64,000 nucleotides of DNA from Nitrososphaerota archaeon (GCA_028867755.1 JAGWFT010000001.1:964727-1028726), one strand, 5' to 3'. Positions 10,652 through 19,587 are shown, counted from the first letter of the stretch. Notes: generated from the letters alone by a model not told the origin. Made by a program: numbers and translations.

Positions 10652-10692
10652 TATGGTCCTTCGTGAAGCAACTCAGATAATGGTGGAACTAG

Positions 10693-11088
10693 TTGGTTAA
10701 AGAATTCAAGTACCGTGGAATGGCAATCGAGGAATTACAAGGACTGTCACTTGAAAAGTTATTCGAACTTTTGCCATCACGTGCAAGAAGATCGCTGACA
10801 AGAGGAATTACTGATGGCAAGAGAAAATTGCTAGAAGAGACCAAACTTGCAAAGGCAGGCAAGCTCAAGGGACCTATCAAGACCCATCTACGAGATCTCA
10901 TAGTTTTACCATATATGACAGGATTAACAATTAGCGTATTTTCTGGCAAGGAATTCAAACCTGTAGAGATCAAACCAGACATGGTTGGTCACTATCTTGG
11001 AGAATTTGTAATGACTAACAAACGAGTTATTCACGGCGCACCTGGTGTGGGAGCATCAAGGTCCAGTTTGTACGTCCCATTAAAGTGA
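10693..11088 (+). CDS. rps19: 30S ribosomal protein S19
   Basis: [37 protein letters not shown]. Confidence 0.97.
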   Translation: MVKEFKYRGMAIEELQGLSLEKLFELLPSRARRSLTRGITDGKRKLLEETKLAKAGKLKGPIKTHLRDLIVLPYMTGLTISVFSGKEFKPVEIKPDMVGHYLGEFVMTNKRVIHGAPGVGASRSSLYVPLK

Positions 11089-11549
11089 TTGTTATGCATT
11101 TTGGATATTCTTTTCAAAATTATGATAAAACACGACATGTCCGTGCAGCTCTGCGAGAAAAGACAATCTCACACAAGCACGCACGTGAAATTGCAGTAAC
11201 AATCAAAGGAATGTCAATCGAAAAGGCAAGAAGCTATCTGCAAGCAGTTGTTAATTTAGAGCGAGCAGTGCCATTTCGAAGATACAATAATGAAGTGGGA
11301 CACAAGTCAGACACTGGAGTAATGTCAGGCCGATATCCAAAAAAGGCCGCAACTGAATTTTCAAGACTACTTGATAACTTGGAATCAAATGCAGAGTATC
11401 GCGGAATGGACCTTGACAGATTAAGAATAATCAACGCAACTGTACACAAGGGAAGAAAAATAGAAAGATTTATTCCACGTGCACAGGGAAGAGCAACGCC
11501 AAAAATCGATATTCTAACACATGTGGAGCTAGTAGCTCAGGAATTCTAA
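11085..11549 (+). CDS. rpl22: 50S ribosomal protein L22
   Basis: [32 protein letters not shown]; true start may be a few codons in. Confidence 0.97.
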   Translation: MIVMHFGYSFQNYDKTRHVRAALREKTISHKHAREIAVTIKGMSIEKARSYLQAVVNLERAVPFRRYNNEVGHKSDTGVMSGRYPKKAATEFSRLLDNLESNAEYRGMDLDRLRIINATVHKGRKIERFIPRAQGRATPKIDILTHVELVAQEF

Positions 11550-11550
11550 C

Positions 11551-12324
11551 ATGTCATCAGTAAAAAATGTAATTCAAGACAGCTACAAACTTATGCTTTT
11601 GAAAGATTATCTAAGAGAAGCAATCAAGGAAGCAGGTTTTTCAGCAGTTGATATTCAGAAAACTCCAACAGGTACTCGAGTCGGGTTGCACGTAACAAGG
11701 CCAGGAATTGTCATTGGCAGAAAAGGCAGTGGCATTCGTGATCTTACAAAAGTTTTAGAAAAAGACTTTGGACTTAAGAGCCCACAGATTTCAGTAATCG
11801 AGATTCCACGCCCAGAGCTTGAACCAAGTGTCATGTGCAACAGAATGTCACAGCACCTTGCAAGGGGAACTGCATTTAGACGAGCTGTAATGTGGACACT
11901 GCAAACAATCATGGAAGCAGGTGCAATGGGTGTACAAATCACAATATCTGGAAAACTAAGAGGAGAGCGTTCATCATTTGAAAAACATAGCAAAGGAATA
12001 CTGCCACGAGCAGGATACCAGGCAGGAATTGTAGTGTCAGAAGACATTGCACACGTGGAGACCAAAATGGGCCTCATTGGTGTCAGAATAAGAATTGCAA
12101 GAAAAGAATACTATATTCCAGAATTTGAGTTAAAGATAAGAAAGACACCAGCACCAAAACCAAAACCAGTCGAAGAAATAATCGTAGATCCAACAGCTGA
12201 GGTAATTGAAGAGCCAAAAATTGACCCAACAAAACCACGAACAGAAAGCGAAGAGATTGAAAGAGAAGAGAAGCTAATAGAACAAGTTGAGGTCTACGAA
12301 GAAGTCGAGGAGGAGCTCAAGTAA
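11551..12324 (+). CDS. rps3: 30S ribosomal protein S3 (with acidic C-terminal tail)
   Basis: RPGIVIGRKG KH domain, AFRRA, ISGKLRGER. Confidence 0.97.
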   Translation: MSSVKNVIQDSYKLMLLKDYLREAIKEAGFSAVDIQKTPTGTRVGLHVTRPGIVIGRKGSGIRDLTKVLEKDFGLKSPQISVIEIPRPELEPSVMCNRMSQHLARGTAFRRAVMWTLQTIMEAGAMGVQITISGKLRGERSSFEKHSKGILPRAGYQAGIVVSEDIAHVETKMGLIGVRIRIARKEYYIPEFELKIRKTPAPKPKPVEEIIVDPTAEVIEEPKIDPTKPRTESEEIEREEKLIEQVEVYEEVEEELK

Positions 12325-12527
12325 TGACTCGACTGAAGATGAAAACTATACGTGAGCTAAACGAGACTGACCTAAAGGACAGACTTGATCAGTTACGCTC
12401 AGAGCTGACAAAGCTTAGAATCGAGTCATCAAAAGGAACATTACGAAAAGATAGCGGTAAAGTAAAGCCTACGCGAAGAGATATTGCACGAGTACTAACA
12501 AGATTAAACGAGTTGAGAAAAAAATGA
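12324..12527 (+). CDS. rpl29: 50S ribosomal protein L29
   Basis: IRELNETDL...RRDIARVLTRLNE. Confidence 0.95.
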   Translation: MTRLKMKTIRELNETDLKDRLDQLRSELTKLRIESSKGTLRKDSGKVKPTRRDIARVLTRLNELRKK

Positions 12528-12790
12528 TAACAAAAGAAAACATCGCATCACATGAATTGATTGGATTGGAAGCACAGATTGTAGAATCTACTAATAAACA
12601 GATAATTGGTCTTGCAGGAAAAGTTGTAGACGAAACAAAATCCATGTTTACATTAAGAACTCAAAAAGGCAACAAAAAATTCCCAAAAGCAGAATCGCAC
12701 TGGAATTTTAGCTTCAATAACGATCAAGTCAAAATTGACGGCGCAAGACTAACCAAGAGGCCATACGAAAGAATGGGAGTAAAAGCATGA
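12524..12790 (+). CDS. rnp1: RNase P protein component 1 (Rpp29/POP4)
   Basis: [29 protein letters not shown]; conserved position in the operon. Confidence 0.93.
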   Translation: MITKENIASHELIGLEAQIVESTNKQIIGLAGKVVDETKSMFTLRTQKGNKKFPKAESHWNFSFNNDQVKIDGARLTKRPYERMGVKA

Positions 12791-13110
12791 CTAGAAACAT
12801 AGGGCTGCAAGTTACTACACCAAAATCAGAATGCAAAGATGACCACTGTCCATTCCATGGCACTCTTAGCGTAAGGGGCAAACTCATCCAGGGAAAAGTA
12901 GTAAGTGCAAAAGCTCCTAAAATGGTTGTAGTGCAGCAAGAGGCTCCAAAGTTTGTGCCAAAATACAAAAGATATGCACGTAGCCAAAGCAAGATTCATG
13001 CTCACAGGCCGCTCTGCCTTGATGTCAAGGAAGGCGATATTGTGCTGACTGCAGAATGCAGACCGTTATCAAAGAGTGTGTCATTTGTAGTTGTGGAGGT
13101 TGTGTCATAA
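12787..13110 (+). CDS. rps17: 30S ribosomal protein S17
   Basis: [31 protein letters not shown]. Confidence 0.97.
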   Translation: MTRNIGLQVTTPKSECKDDHCPFHGTLSVRGKLIQGKVVSAKAPKMVVVQQEAPKFVPKYKRYARSQSKIHAHRPLCLDVKEGDIVLTAECRPLSKSVSFVVVEVVS

Positions 13111-13547
13111 TGACAGCAACAAAGAGTCGTGCAGTTTCTGCAAAAGGTGTACAAGAATTCAGGCCATATGTCACAAGAGCCTTGCCACTTGGAGCCCAAG
13201 TTGTCTGTGCAGATAATACCGGTGCCAAGATCCTCGAGATAGTGATGGTACAAAAGACAAAGACCAGAGTGGCAAGATACCCATCAGCAGCAGTAGGAGA
13301 TTTTGTAAACGTTGTAGTAAAAAAAGGCCCGGGTGAGCTCAGGGGCCAGATATTTGGTGCAGTGATAATTAGACAAAAGTATGCAGTTCACAGATTAAGC
13401 GGTGTTAGAGTTACATTCGAAGATAATGCAGCAGTACTTGTTACTCCAGAAGGCGAGATAAAGGGAACGGAGATCAAAGGACCGGTTGCAGTAGAAGCTT
13501 CAGAGAAATGGCCAAGGATAGCAAACCTGGCATCAATGGTGGTATAA
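13110..13547 (+). CDS. rpl14: 50S ribosomal protein L14
   Basis: CADNTGAK, FEDNAAV, IKGPVA; ATG at 13110 coupled to the rps17 stop (ORF track start 13056 is over-extended). Confidence 0.96.
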   Translation: MTATKSRAVSAKGVQEFRPYVTRALPLGAQVVCADNTGAKILEIVMVQKTKTRVARYPSAAVGDFVNVVVKKGPGELRGQIFGAVIIRQKYAVHRLSGVRVTFEDNAAVLVTPEGEIKGTEIKGPVAVEASEKWPRIANLASMVV

Positions 13548-13548
13548 C

Positions 13549-14097
13549 ATGAAGCCTACTATTATGCGAAACAGAATGTTGTACATGGCATCGGCACATC
13601 TTATCAGTAAACAAATGGCTGCTCCGCTTTCTGATGATCTGCAAGAAAAATATCATCAACACAGTGCTAGAGTGATAGAAGGCGATAGCGTAAAAGTTCT
13701 TAGAGGCGAATTCAAAGGAATCGAAGGCAAGGTTACTAATGTTTCAACTGAAAAAAGAGGAATAGCAATTGAGGGAATAAAACGTGAAAAACTCAAAGGG
13801 GGAAACGTCGACATTTACATTCACACATCTAAAGTAATGATAACTACTCTAAATCTACAAGACAAGTGGAGACAGAGCAGACTTGAAGGGCAAAAGCCAA
13901 AGACTGCAAAACAAAAACCTGCCGTAGTAGAGCAAACAGATGCTGCAAAACCAAAAGAAGAGACTCCAAAACCAAAAGAGCAACCAAAGAAAGAGGAAAA
14001 GAAAGAGCAAAAGCCAAAACAAAAAGAAACAAAAGCAGCTGAAAAACCACAAAAGACGGAGAAAAAATCTCCAAAATCAAAAAAGAGTGATAAATAA
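13549..14097 (+). CDS. rpl24: 50S ribosomal protein L24 with long Lys/Glu/Pro-rich C-terminal extension
   Basis: GDSVKVLRGEFKG KOW motif, IHTSKVMI. Confidence 0.95.
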   Translation: MKPTIMRNRMLYMASAHLISKQMAAPLSDDLQEKYHQHSARVIEGDSVKVLRGEFKGIEGKVTNVSTEKRGIAIEGIKREKLKGGNVDIYIHTSKVMITTLNLQDKWRQSRLEGQKPKTAKQKPAVVEQTDAAKPKEETPKPKEQPKKEEKKEQKPKQKETKAAEKPQKTEKKSPKSKKSDK

Positions 14098-14813
14098 TGG
14101 TAAGCATAGCAGGAAGTAAGAAACTAAAAAGACAGATGGCCCCACTTTTCTGGGGAATTACAAGAAAGGATAAGAGATTTGTAGTTACTGTCAAGCCAGG
14201 AGGCCACAAAAAAGATATCTCTATCCCAACTGCAGTATTTGTACGTGATACTCTAAAACTTGCAACAACGCTTCGAGAGACCAAGTCAGTCATTTATGGA
14301 GGAAAGATAACAGTGGACGGAATTGTCCGCAAGTCACTTCACCACGGGATTGGACTGATGGATGTAGTAGAGCTGCAAGGAGTGCAAGAAGTATACCGAC
14401 TTGTTCCAAAAGATTTGACTGTCTTAAAACCAATTACAATAAACGCATCTGAGAAGACAAAAAAATTATTGAAGGTGACCAAAAAAGTCACAATTAAGGA
14501 TAAAAAAACACAGATAGGATTTCATGACGGAAGAATTCTAATCTCTGATGCCAAAGTAAGCGTAGGCGATACCTGTCTTGTCCAAGTTCCACAAATCAAG
14601 ATCCTCGATGTGATAAAACTCGAGAAGGGCGCACAAGTAATTGTGACAAGTGGTGTAAACGTAGGAAAGATGGGCAAAGTGGCAGAAATAAAGGAAGGAA
14701 CATTCGTATTGCCAAAAAGAGCCTTGGTTGATATTGGAGAAAGACAGATCGAGATTCCGTCTGACCTAATCATGGCAGTTGGAAAGGACAAACCAGTAAT
14801 ACAAATAGAGTGA
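14097..14813 (+). CDS. rps4e: 30S ribosomal protein S4e
   Basis: KLKRQMAP, PGGH, VDGIVRK...IGLMDVV. Confidence 0.96.
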   Translation: MVSIAGSKKLKRQMAPLFWGITRKDKRFVVTVKPGGHKKDISIPTAVFVRDTLKLATTLRETKSVIYGGKITVDGIVRKSLHHGIGLMDVVELQGVQEVYRLVPKDLTVLKPITINASEKTKKLLKVTKKVTIKDKKTQIGFHDGRILISDAKVSVGDTCLVQVPQIKILDVIKLEKGAQVIVTSGVNVGKMGKVAEIKEGTFVLPKRALVDIGERQIEIPSDLIMAVGKDKPVIQIE

Positions 14814-15340
14814 TAGTAATGTCTCAAAAAATGGAATCAATAATGAAAAAAATAACAGTTGCAAAGGTAGTGCTCAATATGGGAGTGGGCAAGTCAGGGG
14901 ACCCAATAGAAAAAGCAAAGCGTGCGCTAGAGCAAATATCTGGCCAAAAACCAAACCCTAGAGCAGCCAAGGCCACCCAAAGAGACTGGGGTGTACACAA
15001 GGGAGAACCAATAGGTGTTGCAGTAACAATACGAAAAAAACCCGCACTTGAATTAATAAAAAGACTAATTTCAGCCAAAGGAAGTCAGCTCAAGGGCTCA
15101 TCATTTGATGAGTTTGGCAATGTTTCTTTTGGAATAAGAGAACATATCGATATTCCTGGAGTAAAGTATGATCCTGATGTTGGAATCGTTGGATTGAATA
15201 TCACAATTTCATTGACAAGGCCTGGATTTGGTATCAGATTTAGAAGCAAGCACAAGGCAAGCATTGGCAACACCCATAGAATAACTGCCCAGGATGCAAA
15301 GGATTTTCTTGCCCGTGAGTTTGGAGTCCAAGTGGTATAG
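14810..15340 (+). CDS. rpl5: 50S ribosomal protein L5
   Basis: KVVLNMGVG, FDEFGNVSFGIREHIDIPG.KYDP. Confidence 0.97.
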   Translation: MIVMSQKMESIMKKITVAKVVLNMGVGKSGDPIEKAKRALEQISGQKPNPRAAKATQRDWGVHKGEPIGVAVTIRKKPALELIKRLISAKGSQLKGSSFDEFGNVSFGIREHIDIPGVKYDPDVGIVGLNITISLTRPGFGIRFRSKHKASIGNTHRITAQDAKDFLAREFGVQVV

Positions 15341-15341
15341 T

Positions 15342-15521
15342 ATGGCAAAGAATAGAGAATATGCAGTTACAGGCAGAAAAGAGCACAAATTTGGCAAAGG
15401 CTCACGATGGTGTAAAAGATGCGGTGACTATAATGCTGTTATTCAAAAATATGACCTGACACTGTGCAGGCGATGTTTCCGAGAAGTAGCTGTTTCATTG
15501 GGGTTTAACAAATTTAGGTGA
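15342..15521 (+). CDS. rps14: 30S ribosomal protein S14 (Zn-binding type)
   Basis: CKRC...IQKYDLTLCRRCFRE; ATG at 15342. Confidence 0.95.
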   Translation: MAKNREYAVTGRKEHKFGKGSRWCKRCGDYNAVIQKYDLTLCRRCFREVAVSLGFNKFR

Positions 15522-15525
15522 AAAT

Positions 15526-15918
15526 ATGCCAACAACTAATATCTTAGCAAACTTGTTTGTGACACTATACAACAGCGAGGCACGAAGAAAGGGAGACTGT
15601 GTAGTTCTTCCTACCTCAAAACTTGCAACCGAGGTACTCAAGACGCTACAAAATCACAGCTATATCGGTGAGTTTGAACACGTTGACGACAAAAGAGGAG
15701 GCAAGTTCAGGATACAACTATTGGCAAAGATAACAAAGTGCGGTGCAATTACACCAAGATTCAAGGTAAGCAAGGACGGATATGCAAGATGGGAGCAACA
15801 ATACTTGCCTTCCTATTCTAGAGGCATGCTAATTGTCACAACAAATCAAGGTGTCATGTCACACCACGATGCAGTAACAAAGGGTATTGGAGGATTATTG
15901 GTGGGATATGTCTACTGA
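15526..15918 (+). CDS. rps8: 30S ribosomal protein S8
   Basis: YIGEFE, KCGAITPRF, IVTTNQGVMSH, GGLLVGYVY. Confidence 0.97.
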   Translation: MPTTNILANLFVTLYNSEARRKGDCVVLPTSKLATEVLKTLQNHSYIGEFEHVDDKRGGKFRIQLLAKITKCGAITPRFKVSKDGYARWEQQYLPSYSRGMLIVTTNQGVMSHHDAVTKGIGGLLVGYVY

Positions 15919-16465
15919 GCAAGTTGAGATACACGAGGTAACAATTACAGTACCTGATAAAGTAAAGGTATCAGAGCACCACAGAATTCTCAGTGTTGAA
16001 GGACCACTGGGCAAAACAAGAAAGAACTTTAAGAAAATCCCAGTAGAGCTTAAAATCGACGGCAAGACCATTATAGTAAAATCAGTTGGCACCCGTAAAA
16101 GAGATTATGCAATATTCAAGACAGCAGAGTCACTCATCAATACTCTCATCAAGGGGGTACAAACCGGATACACCTTTAAGATGAAGATAGTTTATGCACA
16201 CTTTCCTATCACAGTAAAAGCAAAAGATGGCAGCATCCATGTCGAGAACTTTCAAGGAGAGCGTGCACCGCGAGTATCAAAAATATTTGGTGCAACCAAA
16301 GTAGTTGCAAAAGGCGATGATGTGGTAATCACAGGGCCAGTCCTGACAGATGTTTCACAGACAGCTGCAAGTCTTCAGCAAAACACCAAAGTCAAAAATA
16401 AAGATTCTCGAGTTTTTCTTGACGGCATCTATCTTTTTGAAAAACAAGACGGAATCGAAAAGTAA
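15908..16465 (+). CDS. rpl6: 50S ribosomal protein L6
   Basis: VEGPLG, YAHFPI, ENFQGER, KDSRVFLDGIY; ATG at 15908. Confidence 0.97.
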   Translation: MSTEQVEIHEVTITVPDKVKVSEHHRILSVEGPLGKTRKNFKKIPVELKIDGKTIIVKSVGTRKRDYAIFKTAESLINTLIKGVQTGYTFKMKIVYAHFPITVKAKDGSIHVENFQGERAPRVSKIFGATKVVAKGDDVVITGPVLTDVSQTAASLQQNTKVKNKDSRVFLDGIYLFEKQDGIEK

Positions 16466-16509
16466 TCTCAGCAAGAATTAAATCGGCTTATCCTACGAAC
16501 AAGACTGTT

Positions 16510-16583
16510 GCCGCCCTAGCTCAGCGTGGTAGAGCAGCTGACTGTTAATCAGCGGGTCGTCAGTTCAAGTCTGACGGGTGGCG
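16510..16583 (+). tRNA. tRNA-Asn (GTT), no intron, CCA not encoded
   Basis: Acceptor GCCGCCC/GGGTGGC, D-arm GCTC..GAGC, anticodon stem GCTGA-CTGTTAA-TCAGC, T-arm GTCAG-TTCAAGT-CTGAC. Confidence 0.96.
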
Positions 16584-16585
16584 CT

Positions 16586-16617
16586 TAATATTTCTAAATT
16601 CGAATTCTGAAACATTA
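16586..16617. repeat. Palindromic repeat, copy 1
   Basis: TAATATTTCTAAATTCGAATTCTGAAACATTA; 29/32 identical to 20676-20707; starts 3 bp after the tRNA 3' end. Confidence 0.85.
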
Positions 16618-16671
16618 TTTTTGTTACCTGCAAATCATGATATATTGTAGTACAGCGTTTGTAGGCATGTA

Positions 16672-16693
16672 TTTCTAAATTCGAGTTTAGAAA
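16672..16693. repeat. Palindromic repeat, copy 2
   Basis: TTTCTAAATTCGAGTTTAGAAA; 21/22 match to the perfect palindrome core. Confidence 0.85.
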
Positions 16694-16784
16694 GATCGTA
16701 TTACGATCACTTGTTGGTTGATTCTCTTAGACTGTATAGATCTAATACTGATCGCAACATAACCACATATGCAGGAGGTCCGCA

Positions 16785-17042
16785 TTGGCCAGAACAAGAC
16801 GCGCAAATAGGTATTGCGTGGATTGTGGAGGGAGATTAGTTTACTATCCCCGCCTTTCGAACCCAAAAGCTCCAAATGAATACAGGGTGCTGGTTTATGC
16901 TTGTCCCGACTGCACTAAAGATTTTGATAAACCAAAGATGTTTTCCATAAAGCGAAACGTGGTAGACGAGCCAATAGAGACAGTAGAAATAGAGATAGTC
17001 CAGGCCAGAGAAAAGGTCCCAGAGGCTGCAAGAGCTGTCTAG
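16785..17042 (+). CDS. Small Zn-ribbon protein
   Basis: CVDC...CPDC pairs; GGAGG SD-like motif before the TTG start. Confidence 0.75.
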   Translation: MARTRRANRYCVDCGGRLVYYPRLSNPKAPNEYRVLVYACPDCTKDFDKPKMFSIKRNVVDEPIETVEIEIVQAREKVPEAARAV

Positions 17043-17091
17043 TGGCAAAAATGCTAAGTATTACAGTACAGAAAACAAAGCTGAAAAAAAC

Positions 17092-17418
17092 ATGCGCGTT
17101 TTCTTTACTTCAAAACTTGAGACACTATTAGAGAAAATAGAACTAGGCGACTGGCGGCAAAGGCTGCAAGAACCACTAACATACCATGAGCAGTCGCTAT
17201 CAGATAACTGGAAGTCTTGTGCCCTGGGAGAGAGAATACAAAGAGAAGGACGAGACCTTGGAAAAGTAAAGGATCTGACCCCCGAGGCCATAAAATTGGG
17301 ATTTAGTTTTGCAACTGCAATAAAGCGCAGGGATAGTACTGCTGCCTTGGATATATTAGAACAAATTGAAAAACTACCATCAATATGGCGCAGCCAAGAA
17401 GACGCAATTTCTGCATGA
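17092..17418 (+). CDS. Hypothetical protein
   Basis: 108-aa ATG ORF with protein-like composition, co-oriented with the previous gene. Confidence 0.65.
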   Translation: MRVFFTSKLETLLEKIELGDWRQRLQEPLTYHEQSLSDNWKSCALGERIQREGRDLGKVKDLTPEAIKLGFSFATAIKRRDSTAALDILEQIEKLPSIWRSQEDAISA

Positions 17419-17469
17419 TTTTATCACTGTAATTTAGGCCAGTTTTTCTGCAAAAATATGGCAAAAAAT

Positions 17470-17650
17470 GGGGTTTAACCTTTATTCGTACACCCAAAAG
17501 AAAAGCAAACTCTTACCTGGTAATGGGGGTGGTTTGACCTTTGACTGCCATATGCACGCTCAAGTGTTCAACCCCCCGCCAAAATCGCGTTTTTTGAAAA
17601 AATCACATCCTGCGTGATGCTAGGAAAATAAGCAGGGGTTTAACCTTTGA
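17470..17650. repeat. Array of GGGGTTTAACCTTT-type motifs in a non-coding gap
   Basis: Exact 14-mer at 17470 and 17635, variant GTGGTTTGACCTTT at 17529, inverted partial GTTCAACCCC at 17567. Confidence 0.65.
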
Positions 17651-17791
17651 GCCTAATATCACAAAAAAAGAATTTCGCTAAAAAAGACCATTTTAGACCA
17701 TTTATGGAAATGACACTGGTATGATCTAGCAAGTTTTGTGGCAAATAGGGGGGTAAAAATAACCCAAAAGACACCAAAGAATTGGATAACG

Positions 17792-17887
17792 ATGGTTCTT
17801 TGTCACAAATGTTCTGATGAAAAGCATGGGGAATGCATGGGAAAAGCTGGCATGTTTGAATGCGACTGTGAAATCTGCAAGAAATAG
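17792..17887 (+). CDS. 31-aa Cys/His-rich metal-binding peptide (not in ORF track)
   Basis: MVLCHKCSDEKHGECMGKAGMFECDCEICKK*: 6 Cys + 2 His. Confidence 0.7.
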   Translation: MVLCHKCSDEKHGECMGKAGMFECDCEICKK

Positions 17888-17952
17888 TTAGTAGAAATAC
17901 AAGCAAAATTAGCACTTACTGCTTATATCGCATATATCCATAACCTGAATCC

Positions 17953-18312
17953 GTGTCAACCCTTGATGATATAACAAAGGCAAAGATAGTCCAGATGATC
18001 TTGGATGGAAAGACAGAGGGTGCGCTTGGCAAACTAGGAGAATTTTACCGAGTTGAAACCCCGAAAATAGCAGTAGGTACAATCAAGGGAAAAAGAAGGA
18101 CTGTGTATGCAGTATACGTGCCTGCAGAAAAGAAGATTTATGCCCTAAACTCTGACATTTTTTGCAACCCCTTTGTTATTTTACACGAGTATTACCATCA
18201 TATTCGCTCAAAGCTTGGGGTGCACAAGGGCTCTGAAAGGCATGCCAATATGTATGCCAAGGACTTTATTAATTCCTATAATAAAATAATAAAGACCCAA
18301 ATCAAAACATAG
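17953..18312 (+). CDS. HExxH-motif (zincin-like) hypothetical protein
   Basis: FVILHEYYHHIRS plus downstream SERHANMYA (ExxA third-ligand-like); GTG start. Confidence 0.7.
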   Translation: MSTLDDITKAKIVQMILDGKTEGALGKLGEFYRVETPKIAVGTIKGKRRTVYAVYVPAEKKIYALNSDIFCNPFVILHEYYHHIRSKLGVHKGSERHANMYAKDFINSYNKIIKTQIKT

Positions 18313-18464
18313 TCGATTTTTTTTGAATTCCTGTCATTTGGTCATCAAATATGGTGTTGAAATATCTCTCTGCCTAGTTTTGGGGTGCCAAAGGTTCATG
18401 GTTTGCAAAGTTATTGCTCATGTACTAGATGCCTAAAAGGCTCTATAGTTATGTAGTTTTTGTA

Positions 18465-18911
18465 CTAGTGCTTCAAATTTTTAAGTTCTTTAAGATCTTC
18501 ATGAACTGCCAAACAATCTTCTACCACTTCTTTCCAATTTCCCCTCCTAAGAGATTCTCGTATTTTCAGAATGTTCTGAGATGCGGAATGCAATCTTTGT
18601 TCAATTTCAAGTGTCATGTTTCGTGGATTATTTGTAACTTCCAAGAATCTTGTAATTGTTCTGCAGTAGGAAAACTCTGCCAGTTCTTCATTGATTGACT
18701 TTGCAATCTTAGGATAGGAACTGCCGTATAATTCCTTGAGAATTTCAGCAAGATATTCAGGATGTTCATAACAATCTGGCAGATAACAGCCGTATTGTTT
18801 TTTCAGGATTGTTACTACCGTTTCATAAAGTGGCCTACTAATGTCTAAAAGTTTCTCTTCTATCACTGTTGCTACTAGTGCTTTTTTTGCAGTATCGCCC
18901 TCACTTGTCAT
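18465..18911 (-). CDS. Thaumarchaeal CYxPDCYEHPxYL-family helical-domain protein (NitrOD/DUF3227-like) with C-terminal coiled region
   Basis: CYLPDCYEHPEYL closely matches CYIPDCYEHPDYL of 55113..55400. Confidence 0.8.
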   Translation of the reverse strand: MTSEGDTAKKALVATVIEEKLLDISRPLYETVVTILKKQYGCYLPDCYEHPEYLAEILKELYGSSYPKIAKSINEELAEFSYCRTITRFLEVTNNPRNMTLEIEQRLHSASQNILKIRESLRRGNWKEVVEDCLAVHEDLKELKNLKH

Positions 18912-19171
18912 TCTCTACGTTTCAGATAAGGACCTTTAAAATTAAATAAATGGTTATGTGTAACATCAGAATACACAAGTATTGTTTGCTCTAGATGCAA
19001 TTGATTAGGCTTTGAAAAGAATTGACGACTTTTGACAGTGGCGAAATCTGACACAGGTTTGACATTTGGTCCATTCTTCTTATCAAGATTTGAGAGATGA
19101 AGTCCACATCTCATATTTCCAGTCCACTCTAGCAACAAAAAGACCCTCTCGTAAAACAAGGTAAAGAACAA
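18908..19171 (-). CDS. Possible hypothetical protein
   Basis: Stop overlaps the start of 18465..18911 (operon-like); no recognisable motif. Confidence 0.3.
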   Translation of the reverse strand: MFFTLFYERVFLLLEWTGNMRCGLHLSNLDKKNGPNVKPVSDFATVKSRQFFSKPNQLHLEQTILVYSDVTHNHLFNFKGPYLKRRE

Positions 19172-19233
19172 TTCACTAAATCCAAAAAATATGATTTCCT
19201 GGCTTTAAATAGACCAGATCATTTCTAGATAGC

Positions 19234-19503
19234 ATGGTCAGGCAGGAGGAAGGTAGCGTACCGACAAGCTACGAAGTAAAGAAGATAGTCTCCGACGAAG
19301 TCAAGCCCTTACTTGACAAGCTAGCCGAACTTGTAGACAAGCTTGAGCGCTATCACGATCACGACGTACAATTCCAGCAAAAATTGATACTTTTGATATC
19401 GCAGATGTTCAAAAACCAAGAGATCTCAATGGAGGGCTTTGACAAGCTTGATGCTTTCCTAAGAAAAGAATTCTCCTGGGGCAAAAACGAATCTACTGAA
19501 TAA
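19234..19503 (+). CDS. Hypothetical coiled-coil protein
   Basis: 89-aa ATG ORF with heptad-like pattern, TTTAAATA box upstream. Confidence 0.65.
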   Translation: MVRQEEGSVPTSYEVKKIVSDEVKPLLDKLAELVDKLERYHDHDVQFQQKLILLISQMFKNQEISMEGFDKLDAFLRKEFSWGKNESTE

Positions 19504-19587
19504 ACTACAATTTTTGCAATTTCACCTTCGAACTTGTTTAGATGAATTGATCTCCACATTAAATAGATAGATTTTGTAAAAAATCAC

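Noticed and set aside
525-16092. Many 60-160-aa antisense ORFs within the pur and ribosomal genes (for example 3063..3539, 11655..12077, 13844..14293)
   Set aside because: Fully overlap well-supported genes on the opposite strand; typical shadow frames.
17470-17760. Chromosomal replication origin (ORB boxes)
   Set aside because: G-runs are present but no TCCAxTGGAA ORB consensus and no adjacent orc1/cdc6 gene.
17640-17915. 91-aa minus-strand ORF
   Set aside because: Antisense to the more convincing Cys-rich peptide at 17792..17887 and has no motif.
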